A stretch of DNA of 32,000 nucleotides from Wigglesworthia glossinidia endosymbiont of Glossina brevipalpis (GTDB lineage: Bacteria > Pseudomonadota > Gammaproteobacteria > Enterobacterales > Enterobacteriaceae): the NCBI GenBank assembly GCA_000008885.1, contig BA000021.3, forward strand, positions 1 to 32,000. The letters are read 5' to 3'. Positions 1 to 13,660 of the stretch are shown piece after piece. Under the pieces are notes generated by a model, which was given only the letters and a program-made list of their open reading frames with translations, had not been told where the DNA came from and made no database searches. The translations under genes and the position numbers were made by a program. How positions within the stretch are numbered: position 1 is the stretch's first letter; the number at the start of each line of letters is the position of its first letter.

Positions 1-181
1 GAAACAATATTTTTATATGTTTTTATTATTAAAAATAAAATATAATAAAAAATTATATATTATTTTTTGATAAAAATTTTAATTATTTTATTAAAATAAA
101 AATTGTAATATTTCTAACTAAAAAATTAAAAATAAAATAAATTTTATAAAAATTTAAAAAATCTATCTAGGTGAAAACAAT

Positions 182-2068
182 ATGTGTTCTTGTTATAAAG
201 AAATAGATATTATAATTGTTGGAGGTGGTCATGCAGGCACAGAAGCTGCAGCAGTAGCTGCAAAAATGAAATGTAATACTATGTTAATAACTCAAAATAT
301 AGATACTATTGGACAAATGTCATGTAATCCATCTATTGGAGGAATTGGAAAAGGTCATTTAGTTAAAGAGATTGATGCAATGGGTGGAATAATGGGAATA
401 GCTGCTGATAATTCAGGAATTCAATTTAGAACATTAAACTCTAGCAAAGGACCAGCAGTACGCGCAACAAGAGCTCAAATAGATAGAAAATTATATTCTT
501 CATTAATTCAAAAAATTTTATCAAATCAAAAAAATTTATATTTATTACAACAAGAAGTTATAGATATTTTAGTGGAAAAAAATAAGATAAAAGGTGTTGT
601 AACTAATGCAGGATTAATAATAAAATCCAAAATAGTAATAATTACTACAGGAACATTTCTAAATGGTAAAATACATATAGGAAATAAGCAGTATGTTTCT
701 GGAAGATCTGGAGAATTTTCTTCTATAAAATTATCTCAAATTTTAAAAGAAAAGTTCTGTTTTAGAATCAATAGATTAAAAACTGGAACTCCTCCGAGAA
801 TAGACTTAAAAAGTGTTAATTTTTCAAAACTAGAATCACAATATGGAGATACCCCTATACCTCAATTTTCTTTTATGAAGTTTGTTGGTATAAGGCCAAA
901 ACAACTACCATGTTATATAACTTATACAAACAAAAATACTCATAATATTATTATAGATAATATAAAACATAGTCCAATTTATAATGGTTCTATAAAAGGA
1001 ATAGGCCCGAGATACTGCCCTTCAATAGAAGACAAAGTTGTTAGGTTTTCCAAAAAAGAATCTCATCAAATTTTTTTAGAACCAGAAGGATTAAATAATT
1101 ATGAAATATATCCAAATGGAATATCTACAAGCCTACCATTAAATTTACAAATAAAAATTATTAGATCAATAAAAGGATTGGAAAGCGCAAATATAACTAG
1201 ACCAGGATATTCTATTGAATATGATTTTCTAGATCCTAGAGATTTAAAATTAACATTAGAAAGTAAAATAATTTCTGGTTTATTTTTTGCAGGACAAATT
1301 AATGGAACTACTGGTTACGAAGAAGCTGCAGCTCAAGGATTATTGTCTGGAATAAATGCTGCTTTAATGTTAAAAAATGGTAGTTTTTGGTTTCCAAAAA
1401 GATCTCAAGCTTATTTGGGAGTTTTAATTGATGATTTATGCACTTTAGGAACAAAAGAACCTTATAGAATGTTTACTTCAAGATCTGAACATAGATTAAT
1501 TATCAGAGAAGATAATGCAGATTTACGTCTTACAGAAATTGGAAGAAAATTGGGAATAATAGAAGATGATAGATGGAATAATTTTTATAATAAAAAAAAT
1601 ATAATATACAAAGAAATAAAAAATCTAAAAAATACTAAAATTTTATTTAATAAGGAAGAAAAAAATAAAATTAATTTAAATATTAATAAATCAGGATCTA
1701 TTACTGCTGAAGAAATTTTACGTCGTCCAGAAATTACTTATAACGATTTGATATGTTATAATTTTATAAAAAGAAAATTAAAAGATGAAGAAATAATAAA
1801 GCAGATTGAGATACAAATAAAGTATGCAGGATATATCAAAAGACAAGAAAAAGAAATCAATAAAAAAACGTACTACGATAACATCATTTTGCCAAATGAA
1901 ATAAATTTCAAAAAAATTTCTGGATTATCAAAAGAAGTTATAGAAAAACTAAATATTTTTAAACCAACTTCTATAGGCCAAGCTATTAAAATATCCGGAA
2001 TAACTCCAGCAGCAATATCTATTATTTTGATATGGCTTAAAAAAAATAACTTAATGTATAACAAATAA
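182..2068 (+). CDS. mnmG: tRNA uridine-5-carboxymethylaminomethyl(34) synthesis enzyme MnmG (GidA)
   Basis: 628-aa ORF; N-terminal FAD motif [14 protein letters not shown], then [31 protein letters not shown] as in MnmG; near-identical length to E. coli MnmG; next to the atp operon. Confidence 0.98.
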
Positions 2069-2226
2069 ATAGTTATATGTATATAATAATAATATAATAA
2101 ATATTATAAAATAAAAAATAATTAATTTATAAAAATTAAAGTATTATTTTTGATAATTATAAATTATAATAAATTTTTAAAATTAGGTTTTTATTATATT
2201 TTTTAAATTTTAATTTTTAATAATAA

Positions 2227-3315
<1,089 letters not shown>

Positions 3316-3327
3316 AAAGAGGAATAC

Positions 3328-3813
3328 ATGAACATTAATGCTACAATATTTGGTCAAACTATTGCATTTTTTTTATTTGTTTTTTTTTGCATGAAATATA
3401 TATGGCCAAATTTGATTTCATTAGTAGAAAAGAGAAGAGAAAATATTGCACAAGCGTTGAACGAAGCTAAACAAGCAAAATTAAATCTAAAAATATCTAA
3501 AGAAAAAGCAAAAAAACGAATAGAAAGTGCGCAAATAAAATGTAAAAATATTATCAACGAAGCAAATGAAACTAAAAAGTTATTAATAGAAGAAGCAAAA
3601 AAAGAAGCAATAAAAATCAAAGAACATATTATATCACAAGGTCGTTTAGATATATTAGACGAAAAAAAAAGAATGTGTGAAGATTTAAAAACTAAAATAT
3701 CTGAAATAATAGTAATGAGTGTAGAAAAAATTATAGAGTCATCTATAAATAAAAAAATAAGTGATAACATCATAGAAAGATCTATATCCAAAATAAACAA
3801 AATTAAAGGATAA
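3328..3813 (+). CDS. atpF: F0F1 ATP synthase subunit b
   Basis: 161 aa; one N-terminal TM helix then a long charged coiled-coil; MNINATIFGQTIAFFLFVFFCMKYIWP; operon position. Confidence 0.95.
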   Translation: MNINATIFGQTIAFFLFVFFCMKYIWPNLISLVEKRRENIAQALNEAKQAKLNLKISKEKAKKRIESAQIKCKNIINEANETKKLLIEEAKKEAIKIKEHIISQGRLDILDEKKRMCEDLKTKISEIIVMSVEKIIESSINKKISDNIIERSISKINKIKG

Positions 3814-3816
3814 ATA

Positions 3817-4347
3817 GTGACAATATATGAAATTAAATCATATCTATCTCGTCCCTATGCAGAAGCTGCGTTTAAATTTGCTAATGAAAATAATATAGTA
3901 GATGATTGGATATATATGATAGAAGAAATATGCAAAATATTAAAAAATATAAAAATTTATTCATTAAGCAGTTTTATTTTAAAAAAAAATAAAAACTTCT
4001 TGTTTGAAAGCATAAAAAATAATTTTGATGTTTATTTTAATAATTTTGTTAAAATTATAATAGAAAATAATAGGTTGATTATTTTCCCTGAAATATTGAA
4101 TCAATTTATTAATTTAAAAAATGATCAAAATAATATAGAAAATATCACAATTATTTCAAAATATAAGTTAGATAAAAAAATATTAAATAAAATAGAAAAA
4201 AAAATTAAAAGTTTAATATTTAAAGAAATAAAAATAAATATAAAAATAGATAAATCAATAATAGGAGGTTATATAATAAAATCTAAAAATTTCTTAATAG
4301 ATAATAGCATAAAGAATAAATTATATAGATTTTCTGAGTATTTATAA
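3817..4347 (+). CDS. atpH: F0F1 ATP synthase subunit delta (GTG start)
   Basis: 176 aa; [17 protein letters not shown] near the N terminus; operon position; first codon is GTG at 3817-3819, 3 nt after the atpF stop. Confidence 0.93.
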   Translation: MTIYEIKSYLSRPYAEAAFKFANENNIVDDWIYMIEEICKILKNIKIYSLSSFILKKNKNFLFESIKNNFDVYFNNFVKIIIENNRLIIFPEILNQFINLKNDQNNIENITIISKYKLDKKILNKIEKKIKSLIFKEIKINIKIDKSIIGGYIIKSKNFLIDNSIKNKLYRFSEYL

Positions 4348-4367
4348 TAATTTTAGAGGAAATAAAC

Positions 4368-5900
4368 ATGCAATTGCGCTCTTCAGAAATTAGTGAATTA
4401 ATAAAATATAGAATTTCTAAATTTAATGCAGAGAGTGAAATGCAAGATGAAGGAATAATTATTTCAATAAGTGATGGAATAATTAAAATATATGGATTAA
4501 ATAATATAATGCAAAACGAAATGATTAAATTACCAGAAAAAACATTTGCTATTGCATTAAATTTAGAAAAAGAAATAGTAGGCGCGGTTGTAATGGGTAG
4601 TTATTTTCATTTGTCCGAAGGAATGAAGGTTTATTCTACTGGTCGAATTCTTGAAGTTCCTACTGGTAATAATTTGCTAGGAAGAGTATTAAATGCTTTA
4701 GGAGAACCTTTAGATTCAAAAGGAGACATATTACATGATTGTTTTTCCCCAATAGAAACTATAGCTCCAGGAGTAATTGATAGATTATCTATAAATGAAC
4801 CATTACAAACAGGATATAAATCCATAGATTCTATGGTTCCTATAGGAAAAGGACAAAGAGAACTAATAATAGGTGATAGACAAACAGGAAAATCTTCTTT
4901 AGCAATTGATACTATTATTAATCAGAAAGATAGCAACATTAAATGTATTTATGTATCAATTGGACAAAAATTTTCAACAGTAGTAAAAACAGTAGAAAAA
5001 TTAAAAGAGCATGATGCATTATCAAATACAATAATAGTATGCGCAACTGCATCAGATTCTGCAGTTTTGCAATATTTGGCTCCATATTCAGGATGTACTA
5101 TGGGGGAATATTTTAGAGATAGAGGAGAAGATTCTTTAATTGTATACGATGATCTTTCTAAGCAAGCAATTGCTTATAGACAAATTTCCTTATTACTAAG
5201 GAGACCTCCAGGGAGAGAAGCTTATCCAGGAGATATATTTTATCTGCATTCTCGTTTGTTAGAAAGATCAGCTAGAGTAAATGAAATATATGTTGAGAAT
5301 TTCACAAAAGGAAAAGTTAAAAATAAAAGCGGGTCATTAACAGCCTTACCTATAGTTGAAACTCAAGGAGGAGATATATCATCTTTTGTTCCAACCAATT
5401 TAATTTCAATTACAGATGGACAAATTTTTTTAGAATCTAATTTATTTAATTCAGGAATTAGACCAGCCATTAACCCTGGAATTTCAGTGTCTAGAGTTGG
5501 AGGATCAGCTCAAACTGAAATAATTAGAAAATTATCAGGAAATATAAGAACGTCTCTAGCTCAATATAACGAACTTTCATCTTTTGCTCAGTTTTCTTCA
5601 GATTTAGATGATTCTACAAAAAAACAGTTACAACATGGAGAAAAAATAATAGAAATATTAAAACAAAAACAATATTCTCCAATGTCATTGTCAAAACAAG
5701 CTTTGTTACTATTTGCGGTACAAAACAAATACTTAGATAAAATTAAATCAAGTGAAGTTGAGAAATATGAAAATAGTTTATTAAAACATGCAGAAAAAAA
5801 ATATTCTAATTACATGGAAAAAATTAATAAATCATATATTTATGACGATTTTGTAATAAAAAAATTAAAAAAAATTATGGATAGTTTTGAATTTTTTTAA
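4368..5900 (+). CDS. atpA: F0F1 ATP synthase subunit alpha
   Basis: 510 aa; Walker [10 protein letters not shown]; [19 protein letters not shown]. Confidence 0.98.
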   Translation: MQLRSSEISELIKYRISKFNAESEMQDEGIIISISDGIIKIYGLNNIMQNEMIKLPEKTFAIALNLEKEIVGAVVMGSYFHLSEGMKVYSTGRILEVPTGNNLLGRVLNALGEPLDSKGDILHDCFSPIETIAPGVIDRLSINEPLQTGYKSIDSMVPIGKGQRELIIGDRQTGKSSLAIDTIINQKDSNIKCIYVSIGQKFSTVVKTVEKLKEHDALSNTIIVCATASDSAVLQYLAPYSGCTMGEYFRDRGEDSLIVYDDLSKQAIAYRQISLLLRRPPGREAYPGDIFYLHSRLLERSARVNEIYVENFTKGKVKNKSGSLTALPIVETQGGDISSFVPTNLISITDGQIFLESNLFNSGIRPAINPGISVSRVGGSAQTEIIRKLSGNIRTSLAQYNELSSFAQFSSDLDDSTKKQLQHGEKIIEILKQKQYSPMSLSKQALLLFAVQNKYLDKIKSSEVEKYENSLLKHAEKKYSNYMEKINKSYIYDDFVIKKLKKIMDSFEFF

Positions 5901-5953
5901 TAGAAATATAAATTTTATTTATGAACTTTTATATTAAAAAATAAAGGTTATAT

Positions 5954-6817
5954 ATGTATAATATAAAAGATATACGGCAAAAAATAATTGGAATAAAAAA
6001 AACACAAAGCATTACTAGTGCTATGGAGAAAATTTCTGCCATTAAAATGAAAAAATCTCAAAATCTTTTAAATTCTACCAAACCATATTATGAAAAAATA
6101 TCACTTCTTTTGAATAAATTGCTTTTTCAAAATATAAAATATAAACATCCATATTTAAAAAAAAGACAAATTAAATGTATAGGATATATAGTAGTATCTA
6201 CTGATCGTGGATTAGCTGGAAGTTTAAACATTAATTTATTTAAAAAATTATTATATGAAATAAATAAATCAAAAGAAAAAAAAATCAACACTAAATTAGT
6301 ATTGATTGGATCAAAAGCAATATCTTTTTTTCGTTTTTTTGAAGACGAAATAATATCAACTATATCTGGAATTGGAGATACTCCAAAAATATCAGAATTA
6401 ATTAAGCCAGTACAAATAATGTTAAAAGAATATGATTCTAATATTATTGATAAAATTTATATCATTAGCAATAAATTTATCAATACCATGACTTATGTTC
6501 CTGATATTAAAAAAGTTTTACCTATAAGTATTAAAAAATCATCAATCAAATTTAAAAATTTAAATTATTTATATGAACCTGATTTTAGCTCTTTATTTGA
6601 ATCAATTTTGCCAAGATATATAGAATCATTAATATATCAATCTATTGTAGAAAATATATCTAGCGAACAATCAGCTAGAATGGTTGCTATGAAATCTGCT
6701 ATGGATAATAGTAAAAATTTAATAGAAGAATTAAGTTTAATATATAATAAAGCAAGGCAGTCTAATATAACTAAAGAGCTAACAGAAATTATTGCAGGTT
6801 CTAATAATATTTATTAA
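5954..6817 (+). CDS. atpG: F0F1 ATP synthase subunit gamma
   Basis: 287 aa; [32 protein letters not shown] and [20 protein letters not shown]. Confidence 0.97.
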
Positions 6818-6832
6818 AATTTTTAAAAATAA

Positions 6833-8230
<1,398 letters not shown>

Positions 8231-8241
8231 AAAGAAGAATC

Positions 8242-8658
8242 ATGAATAATAAATTTTATCAACTAACAGTAATAAGTGCAGAAAATTTTATTTTTTCAAA
8301 TTTAGTAAAAAAATCAAACATAACAGGATCAGAAGGAAATTTAGGCATCTTACCAGGACACGCTCCTTTAATTACTAAAATAAAACCTGGATTAATCCAT
8401 ATTATTTCCTCTAAAAATATAGAGGAATATATTTATTTATCTGGTGGAATATTAGAAATAAATTCAAATGTAGTAACAGTATTAGCAGACACTGCTATAA
8501 GAGGAAAAGAAATAGACGAAAAAAAAGCAATAGAATCAAAAAAAAATGCAGAAGAGCTAATTTTGAAATCTAAAGAAAGACATGAATATATTAGAGCAGT
8601 AATTGAACTATCTAAAGCTATAGCAAAATTACGTGTTTGTAAATTGTCAAATAAATAA
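8242..8658 (+). CDS. atpC: F0F1 ATP synthase subunit epsilon
   Basis: 138 aa; SAENFIFS...[22 protein letters not shown]; operon position. Confidence 0.96.
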   Translation: MNNKFYQLTVISAENFIFSNLVKKSNITGSEGNLGILPGHAPLITKIKPGLIHIISSKNIEEYIYLSGGILEINSNVVTVLADTAIRGKEIDEKKAIESKKNAEELILKSKERHEYIRAVIELSKAIAKLRVCKLSNK

Positions 8659-8847
8659 TCTAATTAAAATTATTAATGTTTTACATTTAAACTAAATAAT
8701 TATTTTTAATATATTATTAAAATAATAAATTAATAATAATAAAATTTAAATAAATAAAATTTTTGTTTATTAATTAATAATTTTTATTTTTTTTAAAATA
8801 TTTATATATTTCATTTTTACTTTTTTATTTTAAATAGATATAGATTA

Positions 8848-10233
8848 ATGAATGTTTTATTACAAGAATTATTTATAATAATATTATCTGCTGGTAAAGG
8901 TAAGCGAATGTTTACTTCTATCCCAAAAGTATTACACAAATTAGCTGGGAAACCAATATTGCAACATATTATTGACAAAGTTTTATATCTTAAAGCAAAA
9001 AAAATTAACATAGTTTATGGATATGAAGGAAAGCTATTAAGAAAAAAAATCATATCAAGAGGATTTTCTTTAAATTGGACATTGCAATCAGAACAAAATG
9101 GTACTGGCCATGCAGTTCAACAAGTAATTTTTAAAGAAATTGGAAATGATAATGATAAAATACTTATTTTATATGGAGATGTTCCATTAATATCTATAAA
9201 TACTTTAAGAAAGTTATTATATTCTCATTCTGGCTTTAACATTAGTCTACTAACAGCAGTGATAGATTCTCCAGATGGATATGGAAGAATTATAAGAAAA
9301 AACGGAAAAATATCAAAAATAATAGAACATGAAGATGCTTTATCTATTGATAAAAATATTAGAGAAATAAATACTGGAGTTATGGTTGTAAATAGATATT
9401 ATTTAAGATTTTGGTTAAATAAATTATTAAATAAAAGAAATAAAGACAAAGAAATTTATTTAACAGATATTATTTCTATAGCATATAAATCAGGTAATAT
9501 AATAAATTCAGTACAACCAGAAAAAGTTTTTGAAATATTTGGAATAAATAATAGATTTCAACTAATGAAATTAGAAAAAATATATCAAATAGAGCAAGCA
9601 AAAAAATTATTATTAAATGGAGTAACTTTATCTGACTATAATAGATTTGATTTAAGAGGAACATTAAAACATGGAAAAGATATTTTTATTGATATAAATG
9701 TAGTATTGAAAGGAAGTGTTATAATAGGAGATAGAGTAAAAATTGGAAATGGGTGTGTTTTAAAAAATGTAATTATTAATAATGACGTTATTATTCATCC
9801 GTATTCTATAATAGAAGATGCTTGCTTAGATTCAAATAGTGTAATAGGACCTTTTGCTCATATACATTCAAAAAGTAAAATAAAAAAAAATGTTCATGTA
9901 GGAAATTTTGTTGAAATAAAAAATACTATTTTTGGAAAAAATTCAAAAGTAGGTCATTTAAGTTATTTAGGAGATTCAGATATAGGGAAAAATGTAAACA
10001 TTGGAGCTGGAACCATAACATGTAATTTTGATGGAAAGAAAAAAAATAAAACTATAATTAAAAATAATGTTTTTATAGGAGCTAATTCAGAGTTGATAGC
10101 TCCAGTAATAATTAATTCTGGAGCAGTAGTTGGAGCTGGAACTACAGTAACTAAAAATATAAATAGAAAAGATAAAATAATAAGTAGAATTAGACAATTT
10201 TCAATTTTAAGAAAAGAAAATAATTCTAAATAA
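8848..10233 (+). CDS. glmU: Bifunctional N-acetylglucosamine-1-phosphate uridyltransferase / glucosamine-1-phosphate acetyltransferase
   Basis: 461 aa; IILSAGKGKRMFTSIPKVLHKLAGKPIL; hexapeptide-repeat C-terminus with LSYLGDSDIGKNVNIGAGTITCNFDG. Confidence 0.98.
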   Translation: MNVLLQELFIIILSAGKGKRMFTSIPKVLHKLAGKPILQHIIDKVLYLKAKKINIVYGYEGKLLRKKIISRGFSLNWTLQSEQNGTGHAVQQVIFKEIGNDNDKILILYGDVPLISINTLRKLLYSHSGFNISLLTAVIDSPDGYGRIIRKNGKISKIIEHEDALSIDKNIREINTGVMVVNRYYLRFWLNKLLNKRNKDKEIYLTDIISIAYKSGNIINSVQPEKVFEIFGINNRFQLMKLEKIYQIEQAKKLLLNGVTLSDYNRFDLRGTLKHGKDIFIDINVVLKGSVIIGDRVKIGNGCVLKNVIINNDVIIHPYSIIEDACLDSNSVIGPFAHIHSKSKIKKNVHVGNFVEIKNTIFGKNSKVGHLSYLGDSDIGKNVNIGAGTITCNFDGKKKNKTIIKNNVFIGANSELIAPVIINSGAVVGAGTTVTKNINRKDKIISRIRQFSILRKENNSK

Positions 10234-10398
10234 TAAGAAATAAATAATATAATTTTATTTTTTAATAATCGGCAAATTAATTTTTATTTATTAAATAATT
10301 TAATTTAGAATAAAAGTTTTTAAAAATTATTGATTATAGATAAACTTAATTTTTTATATTATACATCTTATTTATAAAATTAATCTAGGAAGATGTAA

Positions 10399-12237
10399 AT
10401 GTGTGGGATAGTAGGTATAGTTTCACAAAGAAATATTTTAAAATTTTTGCTAACAGGGTTAAATCATCTTGAATATAGAGGTTATGATTCATCTGGATTA
10501 GCTGTTATAGATAATAATAATAAATTAAGATGTATAAAAAAAGTAGGTAAAGTAAATGTTTTAGAAAAAGCAATTTTAAATAAAAAAATGTCTTTTTTAG
10601 GGAAAACAGGGGTAGCACATACTAGATGGGCTACTCATGGACCTCCTACAGAAAATAACGCACATCCTCATATTTCTGGAAATATAGCAGTAGTCCATAA
10701 TGGAATAATAGAAAATCATGAACACTTGCGAAGCAAATTGAAATCATACAAATATAAATTTAATAGTGATACCGATACAGAAGTTATTGCTCATTTAATT
10801 CATTGGGAACAAAATAAAAATGGAGGCTCTTTGACAGAAGTTGTAAAAAGAGTTTCTAGAATGTTGTTTGGAATATATAGCACAGTCGTTATGGATTCAA
10901 ATAATCCAAATATATTAATAGCAGAATGTTTTGGAAGTCCATTAATCATAGGGCTAGGAATTTGTGAAAATTCTATAGCATCTGATCAATTAGCTTTATT
11001 AAATTTATCAAAAAATTTTATTTTTTTAAAAAATGGAGACATTGCAGAAATTACTAATTCTAAAATTAGAATATGGGATAAATTTAACAACAAAATAAAT
11101 AGAGATACTGTTCAAACAAAAATTTCTTTAGATATAAATAAAAAAGGAAATTTTAAACATTTTTTAAAAAAAGAAATATTTGAACAACCTAAAGCTATTA
11201 AAAATACATTAAAAAACAGAATAAAAAAAAATTATATTTATTTATCAGAATTATCGGGTAAATTTAACAAAACTATAAAATATATAAAACATATTAAATT
11301 AGTTGCTTGCGGAAGTTCTTATAATTCAGCAATGGTATCTAAATATTGGTTTGAAAAATTTGCAGGATTATCTTGCAATATAGAAATTGCATCTGAATTT
11401 TGTTATAGAAAAATTGTAATATGCAAAAATAGTTTGTTAATTTTTTTATCTCAATCTGGAGAAACTGCAGATATACTATCTGCATTAAGGTTGATTAAAA
11501 AATTTAATTATGTTTTTTCTATATCAATATGCAATACACCAGAATCTTCTTTAATTAGAGAATCAGAAATTTCTATTTTAACGCATGCAGGAGTAGAAAT
11601 TAGCGTTGCTTCAACTAAAACTTTTACAACACAACTTACTGCATTATTGATGTTAATTTCTCACATATGTTATATAAGAAAAATAAATGAAAAATCACAA
11701 ACAGATATATTTAATGCAATACAAATATTGCCCAATAGAATTGAGCAAATGTTACTCGTAAAGAATTCTGTTAAAAAATTAGTAAAAAATTTTTCTAATA
11801 AAAAAAATGTAATTATTATTGGAAGAGGAGAATTATATCCTATAGCTATAGAAGCTGCTTTAAAGTTAAAAGAAACTTCTTATATTCATGCAGAAGGTTA
11901 TGCTGCTGGAGAGTTAAAGCATGGTACTTTAGCATTAATTGACACCAATACTCCAGTTATAGTATTAGTTTGTAAGAATAAATTATTGAGAAAAACATTA
12001 TCTAACATAGAAGAAATAAAATCTAGAGGAGGACAGATTTATATTTTTTCAGAAAAAAGTATTTTTTTTTCCAAATCTTCTAATGTAAATATTACAAAAT
12101 TACCTTTTGTAGAAGAATTATTAGTTCCTATGGCTTATATAGTTCCAATGCAATTATTATCCTATTATATAGGAATAGAAAAAAATGTAGATGTAGATCA
12201 TCCTCGTAATTTAGCAAAAACTGTAACTGTAGAATAA
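10399..12237 (+). CDS. glmS: Glutamine--fructose-6-phosphate aminotransferase (isomerizing)
   Basis: 612 aa; MCGIVG with N-terminal catalytic Cys; C-terminus DVDHPRNLAKTVTVE. Confidence 0.98.
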   Translation: MCGIVGIVSQRNILKFLLTGLNHLEYRGYDSSGLAVIDNNNKLRCIKKVGKVNVLEKAILNKKMSFLGKTGVAHTRWATHGPPTENNAHPHISGNIAVVHNGIIENHEHLRSKLKSYKYKFNSDTDTEVIAHLIHWEQNKNGGSLTEVVKRVSRMLFGIYSTVVMDSNNPNILIAECFGSPLIIGLGICENSIASDQLALLNLSKNFIFLKNGDIAEITNSKIRIWDKFNNKINRDTVQTKISLDINKKGNFKHFLKKEIFEQPKAIKNTLKNRIKKNYIYLSELSGKFNKTIKYIKHIKLVACGSSYNSAMVSKYWFEKFAGLSCNIEIASEFCYRKIVICKNSLLIFLSQSGETADILSALRLIKKFNYVFSISICNTPESSLIRESEISILTHAGVEISVASTKTFTTQLTALLMLISHICYIRKINEKSQTDIFNAIQILPNRIEQMLLVKNSVKKLVKNFSNKKNVIIIGRGELYPIAIEAALKLKETSYIHAEGYAAGELKHGTLALIDTNTPVIVLVCKNKLLRKTLSNIEEIKSRGGQIYIFSEKSIFFSKSSNVNITKLPFVEELLVPMAYIVPMQLLSYYIGIEKNVDVDHPRNLAKTVTVE

Positions 12238-12242
12238 AAATA

Positions 12243-13604
12243 CTATTTTCCTATACAAAAATTAGAAAAAATTTCATTAAGAAAATCATTTGAGTTATTA
12301 TTTATTCCTAAAATCTTTTCTAAACAACTTTGTGCTATTCTTAATTCTTCAGATACAAAATCTGATAAATTATATTTATTTAAAAGTTTTTTTGCATTTA
12401 AAATATTATTTTTAGCTTTTTTTATTTCTAATATGTGTCTAGTTCTAGCTAATATACAACCTTCTTCGTTTAGAAGAAGGCAATTTAAATCTTTTAAATA
12501 TTTTATAAGAATGTCTACTCCTTCTCCAGTATAAGCTGATAATGAAATTATATTATTTTTTTTAAAAATTTTAATTTCAGGAATTTCTTTGCTAAGATCA
12601 ATTTTATTTCTAATGATAGTAATTTTATTTTTTATATTTGAATTGAATTTTGGCCAAATTAAATTTATATCATTTGATTTATCTATGTTGCTATCTACAA
12701 TTAACAAAATATGATCAGATGTTTTTATTTCTTTTAAAGCTCTTAGTATTCCAATTTTTTCTATTTTATCATCAGTTTTTCTCAAACCTGCAGTATCATA
12801 AATATGTAATGGAATATTATCTAAATAAATATGTTCGTGTAAAATATCTCTTGTTGTTCCTTCTATAGATGTAACAATAGCGTTATTATTTCCTGATAAA
12901 ATGTTAAATATGCTAGATTTTCCAGAGTTTGGTTTTCCAATAATTACTATTTTGGATCCTTCTTTCAAGATTGCTCCTCTGTTAAAAGAGCATTGAATTT
13001 TATTAATATTCAATATTATTTTTTCTAAATCATGTTTAATACACTCAATACTAATTTTATTAAAATTTTCTTCTGAAAAGTCTATGTCTACTTCTATTTT
13101 CATTCTTAATTTTTTTATAGATAAAATCAAATTATTAATTTTTTTAGAAAAATACCCTCTTATTGAAATCAATGCAGATTTAGCAGCTTGAATAGAACAA
13201 GAATTAATAAGATCAGAAATTGCTTCTGCTTGTATTAGATCAATTTTACCATTAATAAATGCTCTTTCTAAAAATTCTCCAGGTTTTGCTAGTCTCATTC
13301 CTTTTATAGATAAAATTTCTTGTAATAAAAAATTTAATGCGACAGGAGATCCATGTGCTTGAAATTCTAATACATCTTCTCCAGTTAGGGATTTTGGACT
13401 TTTAAAAAACAAAGCTATTCCTTGATCTAATGTGTTTCCGTTTTTACTATAAAATGGTATGTATTCCGCTTGTTTTTCTTTAGGTAATCTTTTTAAAAAA
13501 ATTTTTGCAATTTTAACTGATAAATTTCCTGATACTCTAATAATACCTATTCCCCCTTTTCCTGGAGGTGTTGCAATTGCTACAATACTATCTTTTTTAA
13601 ACAT
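12243..13604 (-). CDS. mnmE: tRNA-modifying GTPase MnmE (TrmE)
   Basis: 453 aa; IVAIATPPGKGGIGIIRVSG; G1 GKPNSGKSS; DTAGLR; C-terminal FCIGK. Confidence 0.97.
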   Translation of the reverse strand: MFKKDSIVAIATPPGKGGIGIIRVSGNLSVKIAKIFLKRLPKEKQAEYIPFYSKNGNTLDQGIALFFKSPKSLTGEDVLEFQAHGSPVALNFLLQEILSIKGMRLAKPGEFLERAFINGKIDLIQAEAISDLINSCSIQAAKSALISIRGYFSKKINNLILSIKKLRMKIEVDIDFSEENFNKISIECIKHDLEKIILNINKIQCSFNRGAILKEGSKIVIIGKPNSGKSSIFNILSGNNNAIVTSIEGTTRDILHEHIYLDNIPLHIYDTAGLRKTDDKIEKIGILRALKEIKTSDHILLIVDSNIDKSNDINLIWPKFNSNIKNKITIIRNKIDLSKEIPEIKIFKKNNIISLSAYTGEGVDILIKYLKDLNCLLLNEEGCILARTRHILEIKKAKNNILNAKKLLNKYNLSDFVSEELRIAQSCLEKILGINNNSNDFLNEIFSNFCIGK

Positions 13605-13660
13605 ATATTTTGATTAAGTATTTTAAAAAAAATTTTTATTGATATTAAAATAAAATTATT

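Noticed and set aside
1-181. Sequence upstream of mnmG considered as oriC-like
   Set aside because: Position is suggestive by analogy with E. coli, but I see no DnaA boxes or GATC clusters. Genome-wide skew is needed before calling it.
8659-8847. AT-only stretches after atpC and after glmU (10234-10398) considered as CRISPR, repeat arrays or tRNA sites
   Set aside because: No periodic repeat-spacer pattern and no cloverleaf/GTTC-like T-loop signature; they look like simple AT-rich intergenic DNA.
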